Positions 12,989 through 25,117 of a stretch of 64,000 nt of DNA are shown piece by piece; the first letter of the stretch is position 1; each line of letters opens with the position of its first letter. The notes below the pieces were generated by a model. That model did no database searches, was not told the DNA's origin, and saw nothing but the letters and a program-made list of their open reading frames with translations. The position numbers were made by a program, and so were the translations under genes. This DNA comes from Hydrolagus colliei (Eukaryota), in contig CM068755.1 in the NCBI GenBank assembly GCA_035084275.1, forward strand, positions 8,246,001 through 8,310,000. The letters are read 5' to 3'.

Positions 12989-15194
12989 CATGCCCTCTCT
13001 TTTTCCACCAAATTTCCCCTTCCTACACCCTTGGAGTTTCACCATGGAAAATATATTTCAGATGACTCCATAGGTAACTGTTCTACATGACAACCGGGTT
13101 CCTACTTACTGCTAGGTAAACAGAGGTGTATGCATTAAGGAAATTTCCCCAATATTTCATCCTGCCTAGGAATAAAACCCAGGTTCTCTTGTTGAATGCT
13201 CTGAGGATCATTACCATCTTATATTAAAGAGAAAGGACTTGATACAAAAGCTTTCTACTGAAAGGGAAATTAATTAAAATGAAAACAAATGTCCTGTGGT
13301 AATTTAAGAAAGAACAACTAAATTGCGACTGCAGTGTCATTAACATTTCTACTTACATGTCTGGAATCTAATAGCTGAATAAACAGTTCACTGACAAGCA
13401 GCATAGATGTAAAGCATTCCTTCGCATTCATGTGAATACAGAAAATTAACACATTCTATTGTTTAATTACAGCACATCTTATGGGAAAACCAGCATTTGT
13501 TTGGTTTTAATGCTGTATTTTTAACTCAACATGCCAATGCAATTGACAGGTATAGTGTCAAACATTTTGGGGGGGGTGATTTTCTATTTTGCTATTGGGG
13601 ATACAGCATTAGCAAATACAGTAATTGATGCAATTAAGAGCAGCTGATAAAATCTCTATGATTATTGGATAATTTGCTCACTGAAATAAAATGTTAGCAG
13701 GAATATTTATTGTTACAAACATTTTAAAAGGTAAATATTTACAGAAAATGTATCTTTTTGTTGGTAAATGAGGAGAAGATCACAAACACACTGAAAAGAT
13801 ACAGGAGAGAATTCAAGGAATTTCTTTAACAATATAAGTACTGTATTTAGACAGACATAAATAGCCATACAAGGAAGTCTATAATGAAGACAACATTTGA
13901 TCATTTATCATTGCAACAATATGTTCAGGAATTATCAAATATGTATACATACAGACAAACAAGAAAACTAATGTGTGTGATAATTAAAAGAACAAAAAAA
14001 GCTCCATCAATTACTAACTTTTTGGTTAAATGCACATCATGGTGCAACACTCAACTAAACAGGCTGCCTGATCTCAGCCAAGGTAGCAGTAGGATTGCTA
14101 GATTTGAGAGCTTCGCTTACTTGGTAGCAGTGACACTATTTAGTCAAAAGTGAGTTCAACCCCTTTGATCTCAAAGTCTAGACTGCTACTGTGGAGCATT
14201 GCATTTTTGGAAGTACCATCTTTCAAATGAATTGTCAAACAAACACCCTGTCTGGCTGTTCAGCTAGACTTTAAAGATCTAATAGCAATACAGTATTCCA
14301 AAAGAGATGCTTTTCACTGTAATAACATTATTAACCTTTAAAGCGCTCCATGTTTCTCCCTACCTGTGACCTATTAAAACTTCACCAAACTGATTTCAAG
14401 ACAATGCCATTATAATATGCCTTTGTATACCGAGCTGCTTCTAGCACTGGAGCATCAAAATACAGTGCTGACTATCTGGCTTCAAACTCAGTGATACCAT
14501 GAATACCTAAAAGCACCTCAATTATCCAGACACTCTGGCAGCCATTTTTATAGCATACCTAATTATAACACAGGATCTGACTTTAAGAACCTAAGGCACC
14601 TTGTAATAATGAGGTCAGCCTATCATTAGCTATGCAGAAAATGGTTGCAGCACTTGCCAACAAAATATGTTACAATATGCGAATGTGTGAAACACAGAGG
14701 CATTTCGATTGAATTTAAATCAAATACAAATATTATTATAGGTTGGACTTGGCATTCCTCGAGTCAGGAAGAGAACAACCGGCCAAGGTTCCCATTTGTA
14801 ATTGGTATCCAAAGTACACATATATAGACATTAGGCAAGGACAAAATCAAGATTCGTTGTGATAGCCAACGGACAGGTTAACCTGCCAACACTCAGAATC
14901 TGGTTTACACATAAAAATCACTATTTGGGCAATATACCAGAGGGCTGTCATTATCCATCTTCATAATGCTGTACCCCTTTTTTCCATTCTCCCTGTAGCA
15001 TACACTTGGTAGCTACTTGGGTCTCTTCCAACTAAACAGAAATTATATCCCATTCTGTCTTTCCTCAAAACGGACACAACTTTCCAATAAGGCATCTGAT
15101 CAGCCATAATTCCCAATCACATTTGACCACAAGAGTATTTCATGTATCCCATACCTCCTTGGCTGTGAAATATTGATTTCATGTTACTAACAAG

Positions 15195-16055
15195 TGAACA
15201 ACAAAACTTCATTTGTATAGCGCCGTTCATGTCGGGAGGACGTTCGTCCCAACTTGAAAGGCGCTATATAAATGATAGTGCTTTGGACCTGAGCTGCCAG
15301 GATGGGGAGGGTGGAGGAAAGAGGGAGAGAGTTGAAGAGGAGGGTCTTGAGGCAGGACTTAAAGGAGGCTAGGGTGGGGGTAAGATTGCAAGATGGAATT
15401 CCAAAGGTTGGAGGCAGAATGGCTGAAAACCCAACCCTGGTGGGTGGGAAGGAGGACATGGAGTAGGCTGGAGCCTACTCCAGCCTACTGAGTGGAGGGA
15501 GCGGCAGGTTGATAGGGGATTAGAAGGTTGCAGAGATAGGATGGGGCAAAGCTTTAAAGGTGAGGACCAGGACCTTGAATTGGATCCCGAGTGGTGGGAA
15601 GCCACTGGAGACGGGCGAGAATGGAGTTGATAGGGTCACGGAGCTTGGTGTGGAAGAGGACAGGGCCTGCAGAGTTCTGGATGATCAGCAGCCTATGGAG
15701 GGAGAAATTGGAGAGACGAATAATTGGCGATGAAGGCATGAGAGTTTCAGCAGCCTGAGGGGTGAGATACTCGTCGGGTCAGGCAATGTTGCGGATTGTG
15801 AGAGAAGGCAGAGCCGGTCATGGCATGAACGTTGGGGGGAAAAAACAGTTAAGGATAGAAAACACCTAGGTTCCTGACTGGCTTGGAGGACAAGGAGCCA
15901 GAGGGAATCCTGATCGCAGATGGTTAGAATGTCATTGGAGACTTTGACCAGGGCTGTTTCTGTGCTATGTATGGGTAACACAGAAGCTAGATTGGAGGGG
16001 TTCAAAGACGGAATGGCGAGAAAGAGCAAAACTGGGTCGCAGCAACTCGTTCCAG
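15195..16055 (-). mobile_element. L2-clade LINE fragment, decayed RT to 3' tail, internally deleted
   Basis: HSTETALVKVSNDIL RT motif, IQNSA...ILARLQWLP, FKSCLKTLLF, across frameshifts. Confidence 0.9.
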
Positions 16056-16639
16056 TGAAAAACTAATTACATGAAAAATTAGTGAAATATGCTATTTATT
16101 TCCTTCTCTCAAGTGGCAAAACAATCAGTGAACCGTTGTACTGAATATTAATTGATCCATGCAGTGCAGCAAGAACTTCACTGTGTCAGCTGATTTTAAG
16201 GATAGCAGTTGGTGGACCTTAGCTGGGTGGAAAACGGCAAAACAAAATTGAGCCAGGATTCCTATTACTGATGCAACTTGAAATATAGGCTTTGACAAAA
16301 AGATAAATTAAAATAATTACAGATTCAAGGAGCGTTAGCTCTAGAAGTATTAACTAACTGTATCGGTTAGTTAATCTATTGTGGACTAGCATCAAACCCC
16401 TTCCCCACCCCCACTGCACTGCAGTAAAATCTTCTCAAAGGGTGAATGCAATTCGAACGGTTCTCGCTACTTAAACACATATAGTATAAATACTTAAGTA
16501 TTTAGGATTTGAAAAATACAATTTAGAGAATGGAACCACATCAATTTTTTGTGTATTTACAAACTTGAGCTAACTTTAATACATTACAAACACACACACT
16601 TGTTCTGAACATCCTTCTCTTCGATGCAGCAATTTAGAA

Positions 16640-17000
16640 CTTGCACAGCATCCTGGAAGTGTAGTTTTCGGCGGCTCTGTTAGGCACTTTGAAATGAAGC
16701 TGAAGCGTGCTCTGAACTACAACTCCCGACGTGCAATGCGACACAATCGGGGAAACCTCTCTATGGTGCCTTCCGCGAATACAAAATAGGTCAACGATGC
16801 TTTAAAGTGCAACCTTGGTTTTCAATTAAAAAATTAAAAAGTTCAATGAAAATATGAAATTCTTTGTATCTGAGTTCCTCTTACATTAATAGCTTAGTTT
16901 CTTTAGACGATATTTAAGATAGTCCCTGTGGTTGGCGGAATGATTGTTCTGTGGCTACTCTGGTGAAGTGGTGTCAGAGGGATTCTCGCCATTTTGTTCA
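16640..17000 (+). promoter_or_regulatory. Probable HMG20A promoter
   Basis: Local CpG retention. Two ZNF143/THAP11-type motifs: minus strand ACTACACTTCCAGGATGC at 16643-16665 and plus strand ACTACAACTCCCGACGTGC at 16716-16739. YY1 motif CGCCATTTTG at 16987-16996. Confidence 0.7.
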
Positions 17001-17062
17001 TTTGTGGAACCCCCCTATAAGGAGCAGAGTGCAGCCAATAGTTGGAGCTGGGTTGTATTCAG
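16930..17062 (+). other. HMG20A: Candidate non-coding first exon of HMG20A
   Basis: Follows the promoter motifs, contains the YY1 site, ends at CAG|GTCAGT (a second donor GTGAGT lies at 17069). Start is approximate. Confidence 0.5.
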
Positions 17063-20000
17063 GTCAGTGTGAGTGTGGGTAAAACAGGCAGGGTAGTGGG
17101 CTGTTGTTCTGGCCATGTCAATTTGATGATTTTTGTGATATTTGCTACAAAATTCATCTTGTGTTTCGCAACATTCAGGTGCAGGTTTTGAAACAAGTGA
17201 GCTAATTGACAATTTTCTCCTGAAGTAATGGTATTTGAGTAAAACTTGTTCAAATTGTGCACCAAGCAAGCACATCCTATAATTTACAATATCCTGTCAC
17301 ACTGCTGTCTGTCACTTGAATCTGCCAGCCTTATTCCTCAATTTTAGCAGCCTTGTTGGTAAATAGAGTGCCTATTGGTAATGGAATCTCTTGCATTATA
17401 TATTCTGGCAGAGCTAAATTTAATGCTAGTGCTTGCTGAGAAGTCGTCTTGAGTGTTCCATGTCTTCTGTAGTTTTAACTTTTTTTTACAAAAAATCCTG
17501 TTGTATAAGGCAACCATTTTCCCTGTTATGGTCTTCTAGGTTGATGTGGAGTTTAATTGGAATTAAATTAATTAATTTATCATCACGCTTTGTTATTTTC
17601 CAGGTTTGAACTTTTCAACAGGTAACTAGAATGGCAGTTTTCCTAGGTGTACAGCAAAATATGCAAACTATCATCAGGGCGATGCCCCATGAATTCTGTG
17701 CCTGATAAAAATCTGTAGAAATTGGATTTGTGGCATGCAGTGTGAAATTATTTTGTCTTTTCAGAGAACCTTCATGAGGCAATTTAGAAGAACAGCAATT
17801 TGCTTTGCTACTATTAAATGCAAATAGTACCTACAGTTTCCTAACTTTTGTTCTTCACTTGCCAAGTTTACAGTAATACTCTTGCATCTTTTAACAAAGT
17901 TACTGTCTTCCAGAAAATGTGCCCTTGGATTTCTGAATTTATTTTATGGGGAGTATTCTGTGATTGTCTGGATCACAGATCTGGTGTGCAATATCACAGT
18001 GCCATGTAACTGGGTTTGCACCTATGTGGAGTGATGCAGTCCATACCTGGGCTTGCACCTGTCAATTTGCATTAATATCCTCTGTTCCAGCATTATAAGT
18101 AGGCCTTAGGAGCAGACTATTGATACAAAAGGCATGATGCTATGAGTGGTTCAGGCTAGGGAGTGATCTTGTATAAGAAATTATTTGATGCCCGTAATGT
18201 AACTTTGTTTAATTGAAGCAATCTCACTTATTTTTCATTTCCTCACTGGTAGTTCTGTCTATCAATCTTCACAGCTTTTCATTCCAGCATCATGGAGCTA
18301 GTGATGTGGCTGAAAAAAAATGCATTAATGATTTAAAAATAGATATATTACACACATGAGGGAGAAAGGAATAAGAGAGTGGAGGCTCAAAGATAAACAT
18401 CACTGAATGTGCCATATGTGCTTATGTGACATATCAATCTATGTAGCAACTTAATTGAATTATATATTTGTTGAGGTTGGATACAGATAAATGTCAGGCA
18501 CAGCTCTTAGCATTTTTTTTAATGCTCTTCCTAGTGGCTAGTTGGGTAAATGCTCTGTATGTAAGGTACAAAAACATTCAGAATGGGAAGATACCAGGTT
18601 TAGTTTATGGTTTGTGCTGAGTTCAGAAAAGGAAGGTTATGTGAAGAAAACTGTTCTGATGCACCTATTGCATCTGTTTTATAATCAGAGCTGTATCTTG
18701 GCAGGCAATCACCATTCTATCTAAAACAGCACCATTCTATCTAGCAATGAAGCAAAAACACTCTTCTTGCACATATCACTTTGAGATCAAAAGTTGAAAC
18801 AGAATTCTTAAACCTGTAAGGTTAGGTTTGTATACCGTTGAATGTGCATAAGTAAGAATGGGGAGGAAAAAGCTAGCAAAAACAGATCTGAAACTACAGA
18901 TCTTTCTGTTAATCATGTGTTATGTGTTGTTAGTATTTGTAATTAACTTTGCAACATTGTGTTGCTCATGGTAGAAATAATAACACTTTCCACAGGTAAT
19001 AATTCCATCAAAGAAAAAATTGGTCACTTCAATCCATGACTGTTTGTGGCACACTGCTGTGCACAATTGGTTACTTTGTTTCATCCACAAAAAAAGCAAA
19101 ATATTTGTTGTTGTTTTGTTAGCTTGGTTCTGTTGTGGGTTCAGTTCCAAGTTGGACTTGAGTTCAAAGTGGGCTGATATTTGAGTGCGGTTTTGCTGTG
19201 TATTGTTGGAGGTGCCATCCTTTGCATTGATCTGTTAGAAGAAGTTTTGGCTGCTTGTTCTTCAAATGGATGTTAAAGAATCCATAACACCACTAAAAAA
19301 GAGAATAGAATTTCTCCTGGTGTGCTATACAATAATTATTTTAATGAGATTGGCCATTTATCTTATAGTAAATGTAAGTTAATCAATTGGTTATGTGGAT
19401 TAGAGGTAGAACATTTGAGTATTTCCACTATGACAAAATATTGTGGGATTTAAAACTCTTTTTATTTGCAATGTGTAGTTATTTAATTTTGAAACAATAA
19501 CTGGTTTGTTAAAATTCTGATGATGTTATTGCTAATTTATCAAAGCTGTTTTGTCAAAGTTTGTTGAATTTTTTGAATTCAATGAACTTGATGGGGGATG
19601 GGGGGCGTTTATTTTCTCACAATACCTTTCGGTCCTGTTCATTATTTCCCTCTCTTGCTGTGAAGGAGTTGAGTAATTCAGATGGAGCTTCATTTTGTCT
19701 TGCCCATGGTTTACGCAGACTAAGTAATCAATGCTAATCTAGCATGCCTGAATTGAAAATGTATGCCATTTCTTACTACAGCACTAATATGTCTCCCCTT
19801 AAGCAAAGAAAATTACAAACTACTGTAGTTACATTTACCAAAAATGTGATAAATGTTAAAGAACAGCTCACCTATTCTGTGCTGACGTCCAAGGTCATTA
19901 CAACTTACCCAATTCATTTGTTAATTCAACAGACTATCGGTTATTGTACACGTTTGGGTGATCGTGAAGATCCATTAAAATGATCCAGGTTTCATTGTTT

Positions 20001-20779
20001 TGATGTGTTGACATCCTACTGAATGAACAGTGGCTCATTCAGATTACATTTCTGAGCAATGAGGGCATGAAATACCCTGCTAATGAATAACAGTTTAAAA
20101 ACTGCATTGTGCTGTTCTAATTTTGATAGAGAATGTTCAGCGTTCTGGTGGGTCAATTTCTGAAGAGCCCTTTTCTGTGGTACTATCACTGTGTGATAGT
20201 AACAAGACATTTTGGTTTGTTTGGAATTTTCCAGCAGTTTACAGGAACAGTAAATTTCTTAAACTCTCCTTCAATCATTTGTGAACATATACTCTACTCT
20301 TTACCCAAGTAAAGCTTTATAGAATGTAATACAGTATTAAGTTTAGTAATCTGGATTTTTTTTGCTGACAGTTTTGTATATTTTCATGGATTAAAGGATT
20401 CCGAATTGCCACTTCCTAAAAACTTGTGGGAACGTCTTTGGCAGTGCCAATTAATCAGTCAAAGAAAATGGACTTGGTTAGCCAAATTGAAATTTTTAAT
20501 ATTTAGTCATTACTTTTAATTATGTAACCATATTCCAAATTGGAAAACCCATTTTCTGAGTTGTGAGGCAGGACACACTTTGTTGTGGAAGGGTATTGGA
20601 TCTGGGTCAAAGTCCTCACATTTCAGATCTTGGTGATAACCCTGCCTCTTGCTACCCTCAATTTTTGATATGTTACCTTAAAGAAACGCCACATTAATGG
20701 GGTGGGAGCCATATTTTCTCAGTTTTTGAACTGCCTGGTTGAGGTGCAATTATTATTATTATTATCATCACCATCATCT

Positions 20780-21044
20780 GGAGTCCTGTAGCTCAGTGGC
20801 TAGAGCACCCGCCTTATAGGTGTGAGACCTGTGTTCGAATCCAGGCAGGGCAAAACCTTGGGCAAGTTTCTTTACTCCACATGTCTGATAATAATCCCTC
20901 AAAAAAAACAATAAATTGGTCATTTCAATCCATGAATGTTTGTGGGACACTGCTGTGCGCAATTGGTTGCCATGTTTCGCCCACAACTATACAGTCAATT
21001 AAGTATATTTGCAGTATGTTCTATGAGGCACTTTGAGACATCTA
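20780..21044 (+). mobile_element. Young SINE with intact A and B boxes, tail truncated
   Basis: TAGCTCAGTGG and GTTCGAATCC, followed by the family body. Confidence 0.9.
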
Positions 21045-22789
21045 TTATCTTCCTTTTTGTTAGTCATGAAATAAATATCAGATGAAATGTGGCATTCCCA
21101 TTGGGTTGAAAATTGCTTTGCAGCTATTTGTTTGTCTGGAGATTTATCTTCAACCTTTTAGATTTCTGCCAGTTGAGATTTTAAAGACCATCATATCATG
21201 GACACTGTTTCCAGTAGATTTCATGTCAAATTACCAAGAAGCTCTACAAAGCCTTCTCTATGGTTAAATTCATACAGCCACTGCCTGATGCAGTCCTGAA
21301 CCTTTTTGACACTAAAAGATGGAATTTGTATCTTTATGTTACATTAGAGGAGCATACAAATTACTTTGTGCTCCTGAAATGCAAGGAGACAAACACCGAG
21401 GATCGCCATTCCTAATTGCCAACACAAGTTGATGCTTTCAGTAAAGGAGGGAGGAGATTTGATAGCGGCTCCATGGAAAAGCTGAATTGCAAGTTTTATC
21501 TTGAGGGACACACACAGAACAGAGATTTTAAGAATTAAAGCAAAAAGGGTGTTTTCTAATTAATGCCCTTTCCGATTTATTTAGAAATAAATAGCAGCAG
21601 CTTTCAACATTTCCTCAGCATTGACTTCAAGCTGCATCATTTAAAAATGTATATGATAAATTGTTGTATTGTTCCTTGATGCATATGATTTGGTGTTGGA
21701 CAAAAGTCAGCCACTATAAGGTCAGAGATACAATTCCCAGCCTGGGTTGTACTAGCTGGCCTCAACTGGCTGTTGAATGACAACCGTTGATGTGCTACAT
21801 TTTATCTTAGGAAAGGAAGGGGTTTGTGTGTGTGTGGGTGGGTGGGGTAGGAGGGGAGGGGGATGCACATGTGCCAAGTTCATTCAGCTATGGAAGAACT
21901 TATTGTCTCCTAAATGTAGGTTTCATTAAAAAATCTCCCTTCATGTTTGACTCCCTTTTCCTTTTATGGAGTACTGTTGTTTTTTGCATTTTTCATGCTG
22001 TAAAATTGACCTGTAATTGCATTTTAATAATAACATCATATCAATTGTAAGGATTATTATTGTTATTATTATTTTGGTACTATTGAAGCAAGAGAAAAAA
22101 AAGAGTTTTTCAGCACATGGCCTTGAACAGTGATGTTTTTCTTCTCACCCACCCACCACCACCACCCCTGCCCCCAATATTCCTGCCACCCTGTCCTAAT
22201 GGATGGCCTATTCAAGATAGTGAGTGTGGTGAATAAGATCCTCGGGTGAGCCCATCAGAACATATCATTTGTAAACAACAGCACCTCAAATTGCTGGAAT
22301 TGTTTGTATTATTGTGTGGAACTGAAGCATTTGATTTTTTGCTCCCCAAACATGAACTGTATACTTCACTCTGCTCATCAACAGGAATATGGTTTCTAAC
22401 CTGCTTGCAGAAATCCTGTTTAGAAAATGGTTAGGCTAGCACATCATAAACACAGTGTTTCCCAGGCAACATTGTGTTTCAAGGTCAATTACAGCAACAT
22501 AATTGTGTCTTGTTCCGGTACCAGCTCAGACTATAGATGACAAGGATGACAAGGAACTCTCAGTTACACATTCCTCATTCAAGGCCATCGTGCTTCACTT
22601 TTGAATCATTTAATATTAAAAAGAATATACATTAATCTTACATTAGATTGAGTGTTGTGATCACCTATTGCATGACGCTCGATTAATAAATTCTGTGTCA
22701 CTGGATGGGATTCAATTCATACGGGAAGATTTCTTGCAAACCCAAGTGCAGTACAGCAGTTGAAAGTTGTGCTGTATCAGCCCCCGCAC

Positions 22790-23630
22790 AGTCACAGGGC
22801 TCTGCCCTTGGCCCACTACTTTTCAACATCTATATGTTCCCCCTTGGTGACATCATTCAAAGACATGGGGTCAACTTCCATATGTATGCAGATGACACCC
22901 AACTCTTATCTTTCTACCTGCACACTTGACTCCAGGAATACTGCTGTCTTGACAGACTGCCCATTGGACATCAATAACAACAAAGTTACACTTGAAAAGC
23001 GCCTTTCACATCAGGAGCATGTCCCAAGGCACTGGACAGTCACTGCTTCAGACCCAAGCTGGGGACAGGTGGAGGGAGAGGAAACGGAAGAAGTAGGAGT
23101 TGCCAATGGGACCATCGAAGAGGAGAGTCTTGACGCGGGACTTGTCCTTTCCCCCACCAAGCTCAACAACCCTATCACACCCATTCTCGCCCGACTACTG
23201 GCTTCCCATTATCCAGGGGATTCAATTCAAGATCCTCGTCCTTAACTTTAAAGCCCTCCATGGCATTGCCCCAACCTCTGTGTCCGTTTAATTCCCTATC
23301 AACCTGACCACTCCCTCCGCTCAGCGGGCTCTAGCTTGTTCCATGTCCCCCAACACACCTGCCCCACCATTGGCAGGTGAGCCTTCAGCCACTCTGCCCC
23401 CCAACCTTTGGAATTTCATCCTGTAATCCCTCTGACTCGCCCCCTCCCTAGCCTCCTTCAAGTCCCACCTCAACACCCTCCTCTTCGACCATGCCATTGG
23501 TCGAGCCCATCCTCCTCCCTTCTCTCCACTCTCCCCAATCCCAACTCCAGCTTGGGTCTAAAACAGTGACTTTCCAGCTCCTTGGGACATCCTCCCAACG
23601 TGAAAGGCGCTATACAAATATAATTTTCTT
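22790..23630 (+). mobile_element. L2 composite: RT core, inverted 3' tail (about 22970-23142), 3' end
   Basis: [21 protein letters not shown]...[10 protein letters not shown], then a minus-strand tail, then WLPIIQGIQFKILVLNFKALHG and a plus-strand tail. Confidence 0.9.
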
Positions 23631-24859
23631 GTATTAGACTCAATATTTCCTCCTTATATGAGAAATACAACATTAATTATCTGACACAACAGCTGACTGT
23701 TAGAACACATTGAAATCCCTTGTCGGTCGGATATCCTTTTGGTTTATATCAATTTTAATGATGTCCAACTTTACTGACCTAGCTGCAACCTAGCAGCAAA
23801 TGTTAACTCTAGAAATGAAACACCAATTTTGAAGCAATTTTGAAACGGTAATTATAAGAGCCAGATGAAGAGAATGTATTTCATTCATAATTGTGCCATT
23901 TCCAGCGATGTCCTCCTGTTGTGAAAGGAGCTATGCAAATGTAATTTTGCATTGTATATTCCCTAATTATTTAACATTTATAAATGCTGAGAATTGTATG
24001 TGGATAACAATTTGAGCGGCAAGATATTTAAAGGGGGAGTGGGGCAGGGTGGTAATATAGCTTGCCCGATTTTCAGCTGGATTCACTGTATATAGATCGG
24101 GAGGAGGAAACATCACTCACTCTACCCCCTTGGCTAAAGCACTGAAGCCAATTCGAATTTCCTGAATGCTGTCCTTCATGATCAGTTGACAGAGACTGGA
24201 TAGGGCATTTGGGCATTTCCTATTCAGGATTCAGGTTTTTCAATTGCACTTTAACTGCATTGGGGCTAGTGAATGTTTCCATGCAAATATGCTGACAGAC
24301 TGAAAATTAAATGATTCAACTTGCTGTAATTTTGCAGTAAAATCTTTTAAGAACTGTGGGACATTTAAGCACAACCATCCAATTAGCACTAATTTATTGA
24401 TCTGTGCTTTGGAAGTCATAAATTGCAGCACAGAATAAAGCCACTTGATTACCTTGGATAATGTTTCTTCCAACCTTCCTATGTTTAATCTTTGTGTGTA
24501 TTCCACTTTAAATTACACAATTTATTCTACATCAATTTCAACATCCAAATAACTCTTTGTATTAAAACAAATCCTTTAATTAGTCCCAAATTCCGGCAAG
24601 CATAGATAACTATATGAAGAATAAGTGGCAGGTAATTCTATTTAGTCAGTAATTGTTTATTATAGTTAGTAGTGCTCTGCTGTTATTCTCGAGCTCGCCA
24701 GACTCAAAATTCAACTCTGTGTTGATTTAGTGAATAATAATCCTTGCATCATGTCGTTGAGACGTCTAAAAGCGCTTCACATTGTATTGTGAAGTGAATT
24801 GACTGTGTATTTTGTGGTTTATCCCCACACTGCACAGGCTACAGATATATTGAAAACGA

Positions 24860-25117
24860 AGCAGAGGGGAGCTGAGAAGAAATGTTTTCACTCAGTGGAT
24901 TGTTCAATTCTGGAATGCATTGCCTGAAAAGGTGGTGGAAGCCAATTCGTTAACAGCTTTTAAAAGATAATTAGATCTTTGTTGAGGGAGAACGGGTCTG
25001 TTAGGTCATGGGGAGAGAGCAGGGCAGTGGGATTGAGTTGCTCTTTTCAAATAGCCGGCACAGACTAGATGGGCCAAATGGCCTCCTTTTGTGCTGTGAA
25101 ATTCTATGATTCTATGA
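24860..25117 (+). mobile_element. CR1 LINE 3' end
   Basis: RNVFTQWIVQFWNALPEKVVEA ORF2 C-terminus and terminal (ATTCTATG)2 repeat typical of CR1. Confidence 0.88.

Noticed and set aside
20780-20852. tRNA-like sequence with A and B boxes
   Set aside because: It runs directly into the SINE body and recurs as diverged copies; it is a SINE head, not a tRNA gene.
22705-23291. Reverse transcriptase YADD motif as an active RT or novel RT system
   Set aside because: Short, frameshifted and interrupted L2 ORF2 remnant.
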